The notes beneath the pieces are model-generated. The model was not told where the DNA came from, ran no database searches, and worked only from the letters and a program-made list of their open reading frames with translations. Of a DNA stretch of 64,000 nucleotides, positions 47,601 through 58,612 are shown one piece after another (position 1 is the stretch's first letter; each line of letters starts with the position of its first letter). The stretch comes from Ranitomeya imitator (taxonomy: Eukaryota). Position numbers and translations under genes: made by a program. The stretch lies in the NCBI RefSeq assembly GCF_032444005.1, contig NC_091288.1, positions 221,278,001 through 221,342,000 on the forward strand, given 5' to 3'.

Positions 47601-50600
47601 TTCCACTACTGCCATAAGAGAAAATGGGAAGGCCAAGGCGAGGAGGACCAGATGGGTGGGTCGGGTATCGGGAGGACCTATGTGAGCTCAGTACAAGGGT
47701 TTATTGTTCTCTAACCCTCATCTCCATCCTGTATCAAAGTTAAAAACCCCAAAGTTCCCATTTGAAAATAATGAACTTCTCCACTTACCTTATTGGGAGA
47801 TTTCCCTAAAAAATAGAACAAAAGAAGATTTTAATAAGTTTAATATTGAGCTGGAGGCAAAGTAAGAAAAGACAATTACTTTTCATCGTTTTTCGCATCT
47901 GACGCACTTTTTCTTCAAATGAAGAAGTTTTTCCGTAGCTAAATTCACCTACAAGAAATAGAAACAAAAAGATAAAGACGAAAGTGAGGACTATCGTGTA
48001 GAATGGAGGTGGATCAGTCTGGTACTGGGGGAGAATGCGGACAAGACACCGACAAGACATGAGACAATATACAGAGAAGACGAGGAGAAAACACGGACAG
48101 GACATGGACAAGATGCGGACAAGACACGGACAGAACATGGACAAGACACAGACAAGACACGGACTGGACACCGACAAGACATGAGACAATATACAGAGAA
48201 GACGAGGATAAAACACGGACAGGACATGGACAAGACACGGACAGGACATGGACAAGACACACAAGACACGGACTGGACACAGACAAGACATGAGAATATA
48301 CAGAGAAGACGAGGATAAAACAGACAGGACACGGACAAGACACGGATAAGACAAGGACAAGACACAGACAAGATGCGGACAAGATGCGGACAAGACACAG
48401 ATAAGACAAGGACAAGACACAGACAAGATGTGGACAAGATGCGGACAAGACACAGACAAGATGCAGACAAGACACGGACAGGACATGGACAAGACACGAA
48501 CAAGACAAGGACAAGACACAGACAGGACACAGACAAGATGCGGACAAGGCATGAGACATAACACTGACAACATACAAGTCGTCTCCTGTGGTCAGCAATG
48601 TAAGCAGCAATCAGTCCTGCTGTACAGGAGCTGGGGTGTGTGTAATTGTGTCTGTAGGATGATTTTCAGGTGCGTCTTTGGAATTGTGTATGAATGTGAT
48701 ATAATTGTGCATGTGTTCGTGTATCCAGATATTTTTGGCTACATACAGAACCAGTCAAAAGTCCTGACACCCCGGCTGCTGTAGTGGTTTTCCTTGCTCT
48801 TATTGGAATGTGCACACTGTAGATTCAGACTGAAGCAGCAAAACTAAGAAGGAAGCAAGAAGTAAGGAAACATATGGGGCACAAATAGAGTATGTGTTTA
48901 CATTCACTTGGAATAAATCACCAGAACTGGCACCATGAATGCACCCACCACACCATTACACCTCCCCTCCATTCTCCACGCACACATCCATCTCACCATC
49001 AATGCACCCTTCCATCTCATCATCAACATACCTGTCACATCATTACACCTCCCCTCCATGCTCCACATACCATTCCATCTCACCATCAACACACCTGACA
49101 CACCATTACACCTCCCCTCCATGCTCCACGCACCCCACCATCTCACCACCAACATACCCATCACACCATTACACCTCCCCTCCATGCTCCACGCACCCCA
49201 CCATCTCACCACCAACATACCCATCACACCATTACACCTCCCCTCCATGCTCCACGCACCCCACCATCTCACCACCAACATACCCATCACACCATTACAC
49301 CTCCCCTCCATGCTCCACGCACCCCACCATCTCACCACCAACATACCCATCACACCATTACACCTCCCCTCCATGCTCCACGCACCCCACCATCTCACCA
49401 CCAACATACCCATCACACCATTACACCTCCCCTCCATGCTCCACACACCCCTCCATCTTACCATCAACATACCCATCACACCATTACACCTCCCCTCCAT
49501 GCTCCACGCACCCCACCATCTCACCACCAACATACCCATCACACCATTACACCTCCCCTCCATGCTCCACACACCCCTCCATCTTACCATCAACATACCC
49601 ATTACACCTCCCCTCCATGCTCCACGCACCCCACCATCTCACCACCAACATACCCATCACACCATTACACCTCCCCTCCATGCTCCACGCACCCCACCAT
49701 CTCACCATCAACACACCCGCCACACCATTACACCTCCTCCATGCTCACACCCCTCCATCTTAACATCAACACACCCGCCACACCATTACACCTCCTCCAT
49801 GCTCACACCCCTCCATCTTAACATCAACACACCCGCCACACCATTACACCTCCTCCATGCTCACACCCCTCCATCTTAACATCAACACACCCGCCACACC
49901 ATTACACCTCCTCCATGCTCCACATACCACTCCATCTTAACATCAACACACCCGCCACACCATTACACCTCCCCTCCATGCTCCACACACCCCTCCATCT
50001 TACCATCAACCTACCCATCACACCATTACACCTCCCCTCCATGCTCCACACACCCCACCATTTCACCATCAACCTACCCATCACATCATTACACCTCCCC
50101 TCCATGCTCCACACACCCCACCATCTCACCATCAACCTACCCATCACACCATTACACCTCCACTCCATGCTCCACACACCCCTCCATCTTACCATCAACG
50201 CACCCGCCACACCATTACACCTCCCCTCCATGCTCCACACACCCCTCCATCTTACCATCAACGCACCCGCCACACCATTACACCTCCTCCATGCTCCACA
50301 TACCACTCCATCTTACCATCAACACACCCGTCACACCATTACACCTCCCCTCCATGCTCCATGCACCCTATCATCTCACCATCAATAAATCCGTTACATT
50401 ATTATTTATTTATATAGCACCATTGATTCCATGGTGCTGTACATGAGAAGGGGTTACATCAAAATACAGATATCACTTACAGTAAACTAACAATGACGGA
50501 CTGATACAGAGGGGCGAGGACCCTGCCCTTGTGGGCTTACATTCTACAGGATTATGGTGAAGGAGACAATAGGTTGAGGGTTGCAGGAGCACCGGTGTAG

Positions 50601-53103
50601 AGGTGGACGTGTGGTCATTGCAGGTTGTCAGTTTATTTGAAGAGGTGGGATTCAGGTACCATCTGAAGGATCCAAATGTGGATAATCGGATGTGTTGGGT
50701 CCACACCAGTACACCTCCCGTCCATGCTCCACATACCCCTCCATCAAGACACCTGTCACATCATTACACCTCCCCTCTATGCTTCACGCACCCTTCCATC
50801 TCACCACCAAAGCACCCGCAACCCCATTACACCTCTCCATAAACACACCCATCACACCTCCCCTCCATGCTTCATGCACCCCTCCATCTTACCATCAACG
50901 CACCCGCCACACCATTTCTGCATTGTACAAAGACATGGTGGTGGCTCCTCAGAGCACAGAACAGATTTCCACTGATCCAATGTTCATTTCTTGTGTTGCT
51001 CTGTCCATTCACATCTCTTCTTGTTTGCAGTCCATAGCAGTAACTTCTTTCCAGCAGTTTGATCATAAAGTCTTTCTCACAGTCTCCTCTGTACGGTAGA
51101 TGTTGTTACTTGATGTCTGCACATCATTTCTGAGGGCTGTTATCTTAGGTGAATGTCAATTTGTGCTTTTCTTTAGGCTGATAACTTTGATGAACTTATC
51201 CTCTGCAGCAGAGGTCATTCTTGTCCTTCCTTTCCTTGAGTTGTCCCCAAGAGAGTTTGTTTAATCATAGCGATTAATGGTTTTCATAACTGCACTTGCG
51301 GATACCTTCACGATTCTTGTAACTTTCCCAGATTGACTGACCTTCATGTCTTACAGTGATGACGGACAGTGGTTTCTCTTAGTCTGGTGTTTCTTGTCAT
51401 GTTCCGGCTTAGCACAGTTGTGGAATAGTCTCAGCACTGTATGGAGCTGTGCACCGACACCGCCTCTGCAAAACATCCCTTATGGTCACAAACTGATCAT
51501 TGGATGCCATTCCAGGTGCCACCTGATGAAGCTGCTGGAGATAATGTCCAGGGGGTGTAACGTTATCATCAGGAGGACAATCGGGAGGAACCTGAGGTGT
51601 AACGTACTCTGTTTCTTCAGTGTGTCTCCTTGTTTCCATGTTTCTTCCTTCCCAGTTTTGCTTCCTTTAGTCTGAATCTACAATGTGCACATACTGTACG
51701 TGAACGTCGCCTTTCCTCCTATAATTATGTATCCGCGTATTTATGTCCCAACCTCTGTGGCGTTACAGACAGATCAGCTGTTATTAACCCTTAGTTTTCT
51801 TTGTACGTTTTGATCAGATGTTCTTTTTCTCACCTTCCCTCCATTATCACTTACTTTGTGCTGACTGCGGTGGCTCCGGGGACTCGGACCTCCTTTGTGG
51901 AGTCTTCTCCGAAGGTGCAACTTGGTTTTCTGTGATGGACAGAAGTGTGAGTAGTGCAGGTTCATAGATGCCTCCCCCCAAATTCTGACTATGACCCAAG
52001 TTATAACTTGTCAGAGAAGTATGCCCCCCATATACAGTGCCAGACTCCCTCATAATAGTGCTCTGTATTAATATCACAGATCTTCCTCAATAAACAATGT
52101 CAGCTTGTAGAGAACCTGTCCACCCTACCGATGTGTAAACCCTTGTATCCCTCATAATGTCACAATTCCAGGCGTCTGGAGCGGACAGATCCTCCTCCAT
52201 CATTGTACCCATGACATATTCATCTACATTGTAATGATCACAGTTTGCTATCGGGTAGGAAGGGATTTTACCATCAGTTCACCAAGTCCTGCTCATACAG
52301 CTGAGGTCTTGTCACAGTGTATCAGTGAAGCAATGCGTCTCTTCTGTGTGGACTTTGGTCCAATCTCTCTTACCCGATACACTGTGACGCCCATCAGCTG
52401 TGTGAACAGGAACTGCCCCACTCATGGACGAAAAGCAGAGATCCTGAAAATGCTGAGAAACTTGAGATAAAAAGTCCCTTATAAAGCTGCAGGACTGTCC
52501 ACGGTAGATGACGGCGGCGGGTTCTCGGCTGAGGTCAGTGGACCGGTGTAGGGGGATTTATCTCCACCATTTGCGCATTTTTCCTGGGATGTGCAGACAT
52601 TTCTCCCGGGCGCCGTTCAGTCTTACGTTACATTGTCGCGGTGATTTTGGCTTCTTACCTGGCAGCGGCCGATGCTTCCTGCAATAAAAGACAAGTAGAT
52701 AAAAGCCGGGCCCTTTATGTCTGACGTGTGGCCCCAGCGGAGGAGATCTATCATCAGTGTCACAGATGGAGCAATTAACGGGAGGATGAAGATAGCGGGA
52801 ATTGATGATACTCGCCCTTGGTAAGTTCTAAGGTTATGGTGGAGGCGGTGCGACCCCAGAGCAGCACCCGGTGCGGCACACGGCCACGTCTACAGTGAGC
52901 CACGGAACAGAGACTCGGCCTCCCCGGATCCCGGAGGGAACGTCCACATTGTTACACCAGGTCATGGGTCACATTATGGAGGACTGGATACTGTTCAGGG
53001 GGAGGAGAGGTTTCCCTACCAGATGACCATTTACCCATCATCGCCACGGGAATCTACTTACTGGTTTCTTTGGAAATTAAACCAGCTGATTGACTTCTTC
53101 TTT
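44510..53103 (-). CDS. Uncharacterised protein with C-terminal TIR-like (Rossmann-like beta/alpha) domain, 5'-partial, at least 210 aa; complement(join(44510-44664,46148-46403,47789-47805,47880-47948,51855-51929,52659-52678,53062-53103))
   Basis: Seven exons (42,20,75,69,17,256,155 nt), each flanked by a polypyrimidine-AG acceptor and (except the last) a GTAA donor, with phases 2,1,1,1,0,1 all compatible and no internal stop; AATAAA overlaps the TAA. Start codon not located. Confidence 0.78.
44901..45250. mobile_element. T2/Kolobok-type MITE fragment
   Basis: Begins AGGCCAGTCTCACACGTC; shares GAGCGGTCACGTGG...GCGGCTCCACCCCTATG with the element at 55690-56300. Confidence 0.6.
46148..46403 (-). 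CDS. TIR-like gene main domain exon (VKVGIFSRSAESEYEWLKTRL...[36 protein letters not shown])
   Basis: ttcttattttcacaag| acceptor; G|gtaaga donor; 256 nt open. Confidence 0.85.
46600..47150. repeat. 31-bp minisatellite (CTGTACTGGGAACAGAGGAGACCACATTGAT)n
   Basis: Unit read directly; intronic in the TIR-like gene. Confidence 0.93.
48040..48560. repeat. Degenerate 11-mer-based repeat (ACAAGACACGG/ACAGGACATGG)
   Basis: Low-complexity A/C/G array. Confidence 0.85.
48930..50910. repeat. 63-bp C-rich satellite, interrupted at ~50386-50700
   Basis: 21-aa periodic pseudo-ORF HHYTSPPCSTHPTISPPTYPS; the array resumes after the insert. Confidence 0.92.
50386..50700 (-). mobile_element. L2-type LINE 3' end inserted in the 63-bp satellite
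   Basis: TTATTTATTTATATAGCACC...TGGTGCTGTAC tail hairpin and GCCCTTGTGGGCTTACATTCTACA resemble the L2 tail at 53216. Confidence 0.65.
51020..51400 (-). mobile_element. Degenerate Tc1 transposase N-terminal fragment
   Basis: Minus strand reads MKVSQSGK...SAVMKTINRYD...KGRTRMTSAAEDKFIKVISL, the paired-like HTH region of vertebrate Tc1 elements. Confidence 0.75.
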
Positions 53104-53215
53104 CTGCCAAAAACACCAAAATAAATAACCATGACTATCACCCCTATTATCTGATCGCTCCTCATCAGAACCATCATCATCCTCGCCATCACTTTCATAT
53201 CACCATCGTTCTGAT

Positions 53216-54160
53216 AATAATAATCTCTATATAGCGCCAACATATTCCACAGCGCTTTACAGTTTAACAGTTTCAAACACAAAAGTCATAAGTAACAACG
53301 TTAACAATAGAATAATTGAAGCACAATAAGCCGCCCCTGCTCGTGAGAGCTTACAATCTACAATGAGGTGGGGGAGATACAAAGTACAGGTGTGTATTTA
53401 CAATGATGTATTTACAATGAGGGTCCGGCCATCTTCAGGGGTTGGGGAAAAGATGGAGATAGTGAATGGGCTACACACAAACATAACATAACTTTGATTA
53501 GTGAACGTGATAGGCCGCTCTGAACAAATGTGTTTTGAGCGAGCGCCTAAAACTATGCAAGTTGTGGATGGTCCTAATATCTTGGGGTAGAGCATTCCAG
53601 AGGATTGACGCAGCACGGGAGAAGTCTTGGAGTCGGGAGTGGGAGGTACGGATTAGTGCAGAGGTTAGTCGGAAGTCATCTGCAGATCGCAGCGGTCGGT
53701 TAGGCCGATAGACAGAAATGAGGGAGGAGATGTAAGGGGGCCGCACTGTGGAGAGCTTTGTGGGGGAGAACAAGTACTTTGAATTGTATCCTGTAATGAA
53801 TGGGCAGCCAGTGTAACGACTGGTGAAGAGCGGACGCGTCCAAGTAACAATTAGCCAGATGGACGACCCTGGCTGCTGCATTAAGGATGGACTGGAGAGG
53901 GGAAAGTCGCGTGAGGGGGAGGCCAATTAATAGAGCATTGCAGTAGTCCAGGCGGGAGTGGATCAGGGCGACAGTGAGGGGTTTTTGTTATCTCCATGCT
54001 GAGAAAAGGACGGATTCTAGAGATGTTCTTTAGGTGTAAGCGGCACGAGCGGGTAAGAGATTGTATAGCGCGCCTGCTGCCGGGGTGTTATTATGGTGCC
54101 ACCCACGGAGAGGGAAATGTCAGATTTAGGGAGGTTAGTAGATGGAGGGAGGTTAGTAGA
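53216..54160 (-). mobile_element. 5'-truncated L2-clade LINE with 7-bp target-site duplication TTCTGAT
   Basis: C-terminal peptide PYISSLISVYRPNRPLRSADD...LQDFSRAASILWNALPQDIR...FRRSLKTHLFRAAY; (ATT)n tail; TTCTGAT at 53209-53215 and 54161-54167. Confidence 0.9.
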
Positions 54161-54669
54161 TTCTGATCTCCACTCTCATTGTCGTCCTCCTCATTATTAG
54201 CCGCACGCGGATTCTTATACTCTTCATATATTTCTCAGAACAGAAGGTTCCACAAGAAAAAAGCTGAAGCAGAGCAACATTGATTCCACTCTTCCATTGT
54301 TTAATGCCACTCTCCCATTATTTTCTACCTCTCCTCATTGTTTTATCACCTTCCTACATTGTTTAATGTCCATCCCTCATTGTTTCCTGCCCTCACCCAG
54401 TATTTCATGACCTTCCTCTATACTGTCATGCCCCTCGCCCAATGTTTCATGGCCCTCCTTTAGTTTCATGCCTCTAGTCCATTCTTTAATGCTGTTACAC
54501 TGTGTTACCAAGGTTTTGTCCCTCGGTCCTCGGACAATTGTGAGTGTTCCTGATAGATTTTTTCATGCTGATTTCAGAAATGACTTCAGATTTTTCCTAT
54601 CACGTAAGGTTTCTGAGAAATGATACCAAACATTATAATATTCTGTTATAAATCTAAAAACTCATATAT

Positions 54670-55269
54670 AAACTTTTTCGGATACCGATACCCGATACCA
54701 ATGCAAGTCAATGGGACACAAATATCGGAATGTATCCTGGATGGTTCCCAGGGTCTGAAGGAGAGGAAACTCTCCTTCAGGCCCTGGGATCCATATTTAT
54801 GTAAAAAATAAAGAATAAAAACAAAAATATGGCTATACTCACCCCTCCGAAGGACCCTGGCTGTCACCGCTGCAAGCGTCTCCCTCCGTTCCTAAGAATG
54901 CAGAGAGTGAAGGACCTTCGATGACGTCGCGATCAGGTGATCACTCACGTGACCGTAACGTCATCGAAGGTCCTTCACTCTCTGCATTCTTAGGATCGGA
55001 GGCAGACGCTCGCAGCGGTGACAGCCAGGGTCCTTCGGAGCCGTGAGTATATCCATACTTTTTATTTTTATTCTTTATTTTTTACATGAATATGGATCCC
55101 AGGGCCTGAAGGAGAGTTTCCTCCCCTTCAGACCCTTGGAACCATCCGTACTGCACACGCCAATTCCGATTTCCGATATCGCAAAAATATCGGAACTCGG
55201 TATCGGAATTCCGATACAGCAAATATCGGCCAATACCCGATACTGGCAGTATCGGAATGCTCAACACTA
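54670..55269. mobile_element. Foldback MITE with long internal inverted repeat
   Basis: Arms ~54740-54930 and ~54960-55146 are reverse complements (e.g. GAATGCAGAGAGTGAAGGACCTTCGATGACG / CGTCATCGAAGGTCCTTCACTCTCTGCATTC); ends GCTCAACACTA. Confidence 0.8.
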
Positions 55270-55483
55270 ATCCTCTGTGATCCCCTGCTGTAATGTCAGT
55301 ATTGTCTTTTGCTTCCTCCCCTGTCCAGGAGCTGTGAGCACACGGGGGAGAGATTCTCAACACTGCAAAATCTGCCCCATCGCGACATTACCGCTATAGG
55401 GCCTCCATCTAGTTACTATCATATGTGATTCGCCTGAATACTTTTCATACTTTTCATTGTAAAAACTGAAGATTTATTTCGAA

Positions 55484-55640
55484 ATGTCGCATCGGTGTCT
55501 TAACAGCAGTGATAATTTCTGCTACACAGGCGGAGAATATACAATGAAAGCACAAAAGAAGGACATGACTCCACTTGTTAAGAAAGCTTATGAACTATAC
55601 TTTGTTCAACTGGAGATCAGGACAAACAGTGGGCACAATA
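55484..55640 (+). mobile_element. Chapaev3-like (CMC) DNA transposase N-terminal relic
   Basis: MSHRCLNSSDNFCYTGGEYT...MTPLVKKAYELYF then frameshifted GDQDKQWA, matching the remembered motif C.N..D.FCY.CGE...VKKAY.LYFG...GDQDK.WAPH. Confidence 0.6.
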
Positions 55641-55689
55641 ATCCTTTTTTTTGTTTGTTTCTCGTGTTTAACATAAAGATCCATGTCCC

Positions 55690-56303
55690 CACCCCCCTCC
55701 CACCTTCTACTGTATGAGCGGTCACGTGGGGCCGCTCATTTACAGTAATGAAATATGCGGCTCCACCCCTATGACCGCTCATACAGTAGAAGGTGCGGCC
55801 AGGACAGGAAGCAGCACCAGCCAGCGAGGGAGCCGGGTGAGTATTTTAATAACAGCGGGCGGGCGCACAGGGGGTGGGAGGGGGGTGGAGACATGGATCT
55901 TTATGTTAAACACGAGAAACAAAAAAAAAAGGATTATTCATATCTTCTCTGCAGCAAACGCTGCTGCAGAGAAGATATGAATCGCGGCTTCAGCACCATG
56001 TGGGGGGGGACAGCGTTTACTGTAGCGCTGTCTCCAGCACGGCACACGGACTGCACACGGACAATGTCTGTGTGCGGTACGTGTTTTACACGGACCCATT
56101 GACTTTAATGGGTCCATGTAATCCGTGCGCTCCCACGAACACTGACATGTCTCCGTGTTTGGCACACGGAGACACGGTCCGCAAAAAATCAATGACATGC
56201 ACAGATGCATTGATTTGAATGTGTCTACGTGTGTCAGTGGCTCCGGTACGTGAGGAAACTGTCACCTCACATACCGGAGCCACTGACGTGTGAAACCGGC
56301 CTT
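55690..56303. mobile_element. T2/Kolobok-type MITE
   Basis: Internal palindromes (ATTCATATCTTCTCTGCAGC...GCTGCAGAGAAGATATGAAT; ACGGACCCATTGACTTTAATGGGTCC); terminus CACTGACGTGTGAAACCGGCCTTA. Confidence 0.7.
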
Positions 56304-57590
56304 AGGGTTAGGGGTCAGACACTGACATAGGGGTTAGGGGTCAGACACGGACGTAGGGTTTGAGTTAGTGGTAAGACACTGACTTAGGGTTTGGTTAGTG
56401 GTTGGATGCTGACTTAGGGTTTGAGATAGTGGTAAGACACTGACTGAGGGTTTAGGTTAGTGGTCGGACACTGAGTTATGGTTTGGGTTAGTAGACAGAC
56501 ACTGACTTAGGGTTTGAGTTAGTGGACGGACACTGACTTAGGGCTTGATTAGTGTTCAGACACTGACTGAGGGTTTGGGTTAGTGGTCGAATACTGACTT
56601 AGGGTTTGGGTTAGTGGTCGAATGCTGACTTAGGGTTTGGGTTAGTGGTCGAATGCTGACTTAGGGTTTGGGTTAGTGGTTGGATACTAACTTAGAGTTT
56701 GGGTTAGTGGTCGGATACTGACTTAGGATTTGGGTTAGTGGTTGGATGCTGACTGAGGGTTTGTGTTAATGGTCGGACACTGACTTAGGGTTTGGGTTAG
56801 TGGTCGGATACTGACTGAGGGTTTGTGTTAATGGTCGGACACTGAGTTATGGTTTGGGATAGTGGTCGGACACTGACTTAGGGTTTGGGTTAGTGGTCGG
56901 ATACTGACTGAGGGTTTGTGTTAATGGTCGGACACTGAGTTATGGTTTGGGATAGTGGTCGGACACTGACTGAGGGTTTGGGTTAGTGGTCGAATGCTGA
57001 CTTAGGGTTTGGGTGAGTGGTCGGATACTGACTTAGGGTTTGGGTTACTGGTCAGATACTGACTTAGGGTTTGGGTTAGTGGTCGGATACTGACTGAGGG
57101 TTTGTGTTAATGGTCGGACACTGAGTTATGGTTTGGGATAGTGGTCGGACACTGACTGAGGGTTTGGGTTAGTGGTCGAATGCTGACTTAGGGCTTGGGT
57201 TAGTGGTCGGATACGGACTTAGGGTTTGGGTTACTGGTCAGATACTGACTTAGGGTTTGGGTTAGTGGTTGGATGCTGACTTAGGGTTTGGGTTAATGGT
57301 CGGACACTGATGTAGGGTTTGGTTAGTGGTCGGACACTGACTGAGGGTTTGGGTTAGTGGTCCGATACTGACTGAGGGTTTGGGTTAATGGTCGGACACT
57401 GAATTATGGTTTGGGTTAGTGGTCGGACACTGACTTAGGGTTTGGGTTAGTGGCCGGACACTGACGTAGGGCTTGGGTTAGTGGTAGGACACTGAGTTAT
57501 GGTTTGGGTTAGTGGTCAGACACTGACTGAGGGTTTGGGTTAGTCTTTGGACACTGGCATAGGGTTTGGGTTAGTGGTAGGACGCTGATT
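56302..57590. repeat. ~31-bp satellite containing telomere-like hexamers (CTGACTTAGGGTTTGGGTTAGTGGTCGGAYA)n
   Basis: TTAGGG-TTTGGG-TTAGTG in most units; starts with TTAGGGTTAGGG at 56302. Confidence 0.9.
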
Positions 57591-58559
57591 TATGATGCTA
57601 TGGCTCCTGGAAGAAGAGGGAAAATCTACAAAAGGGCAAGAACAAAAAGTGTCATCTGCGAGAAGGGAGAAAGGAAGAGGCTGAACTCGTCAATCACTGT
57701 AGCATCGGGTCTTCCCTGCACTGATCATAGAAGTCACTGTGTAACAATGTATCTGTGTTACTATGTAACAATGTATCTGTGTTACCATGTAACAATGTAT
57801 CTGTGTTACTATGTATCGGGATTAACTCTCTGCCTCCCAGTATTCTTGGAATGATTTTGCTCCCTTTCTATTGAGCTGTGGTGTCTTATAAGTGCCGATA
57901 TCTTTGTACATCAGTGCCCGTCGTCTGTCAGGTCAGCACGGCATCTTAGATGTTGATTGTACCTTTTAAAGGGGTTGTCCAGGATTACAAAGCCATGGTT
58001 AAATAGTTCAAGAAACAGCGCCCCCCTGACTACAGGTTGTGTGCGGTATTACAGCTAAGTGTCATTCATTTTCAGGGCGCTGATAAGAACAGACACCAGG
58101 GGTGTAAATACAATTGGTTCCGGGGTTGTAGTCGTACCCGGGCCCCGGAGACGCAGGGGCCCAATATAAAAAGACAATGCTATTAAGGACTTGCCCCATT
58201 GGGGACCATCAGCTTGAAGTGAGGCTGCTGCCAGACACAACCTGTGGACAAGTGGGGGCGCTGTGTCCGGAAGATACATGTTGTTCTAATACTATTTCCG
58301 CGTGTTTTCTCGTTGTGTCCGTTGTTTCTCCGTATTTGCACGGATGTTCGGCGCGCTCTCGTCGTCCGCTGTCCGCTATTATCACGAACCTGTCCGCTTT
58401 GGATCTCGCAGCGTTTCCTGACATCCTGACGTTTTCCTTCTGTCGTTGTCGCCTCCTGATTCCTGTGACCCCTTTAATTCTTCAGGATGTCGCTCCGTGT
58501 TTCGGGGCGCAGCGACCTCCTCTCCCTCCGATGAGATCAGATTGTGGCAGATTTGTAAT

Positions 58560-58612
58560 TTTTCACCTTTCTGGTTTCATTAGAAGACAAAGTGTCTTTC
58601 ACTTTCATTTCC
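58560..58612. promoter_or_regulatory. Clustered ISRE/IRF-like motifs (minus strand GGAAATGAAAGTGAAAG and GAAACCAGAAAGGTGAAA)
   Basis: Three GAAA repeats at 2-nt spacing, 58596-58612, in unique DNA upstream of the TIR-like gene. Confidence 0.45.

Noticed and set aside
52423-52444. Possible extra 22-nt micro-exon in the TIR-like gene
   Set aside because: Weak donor (GTGGGG), and inclusion shifts the frame into a stop in the 47948 exon.
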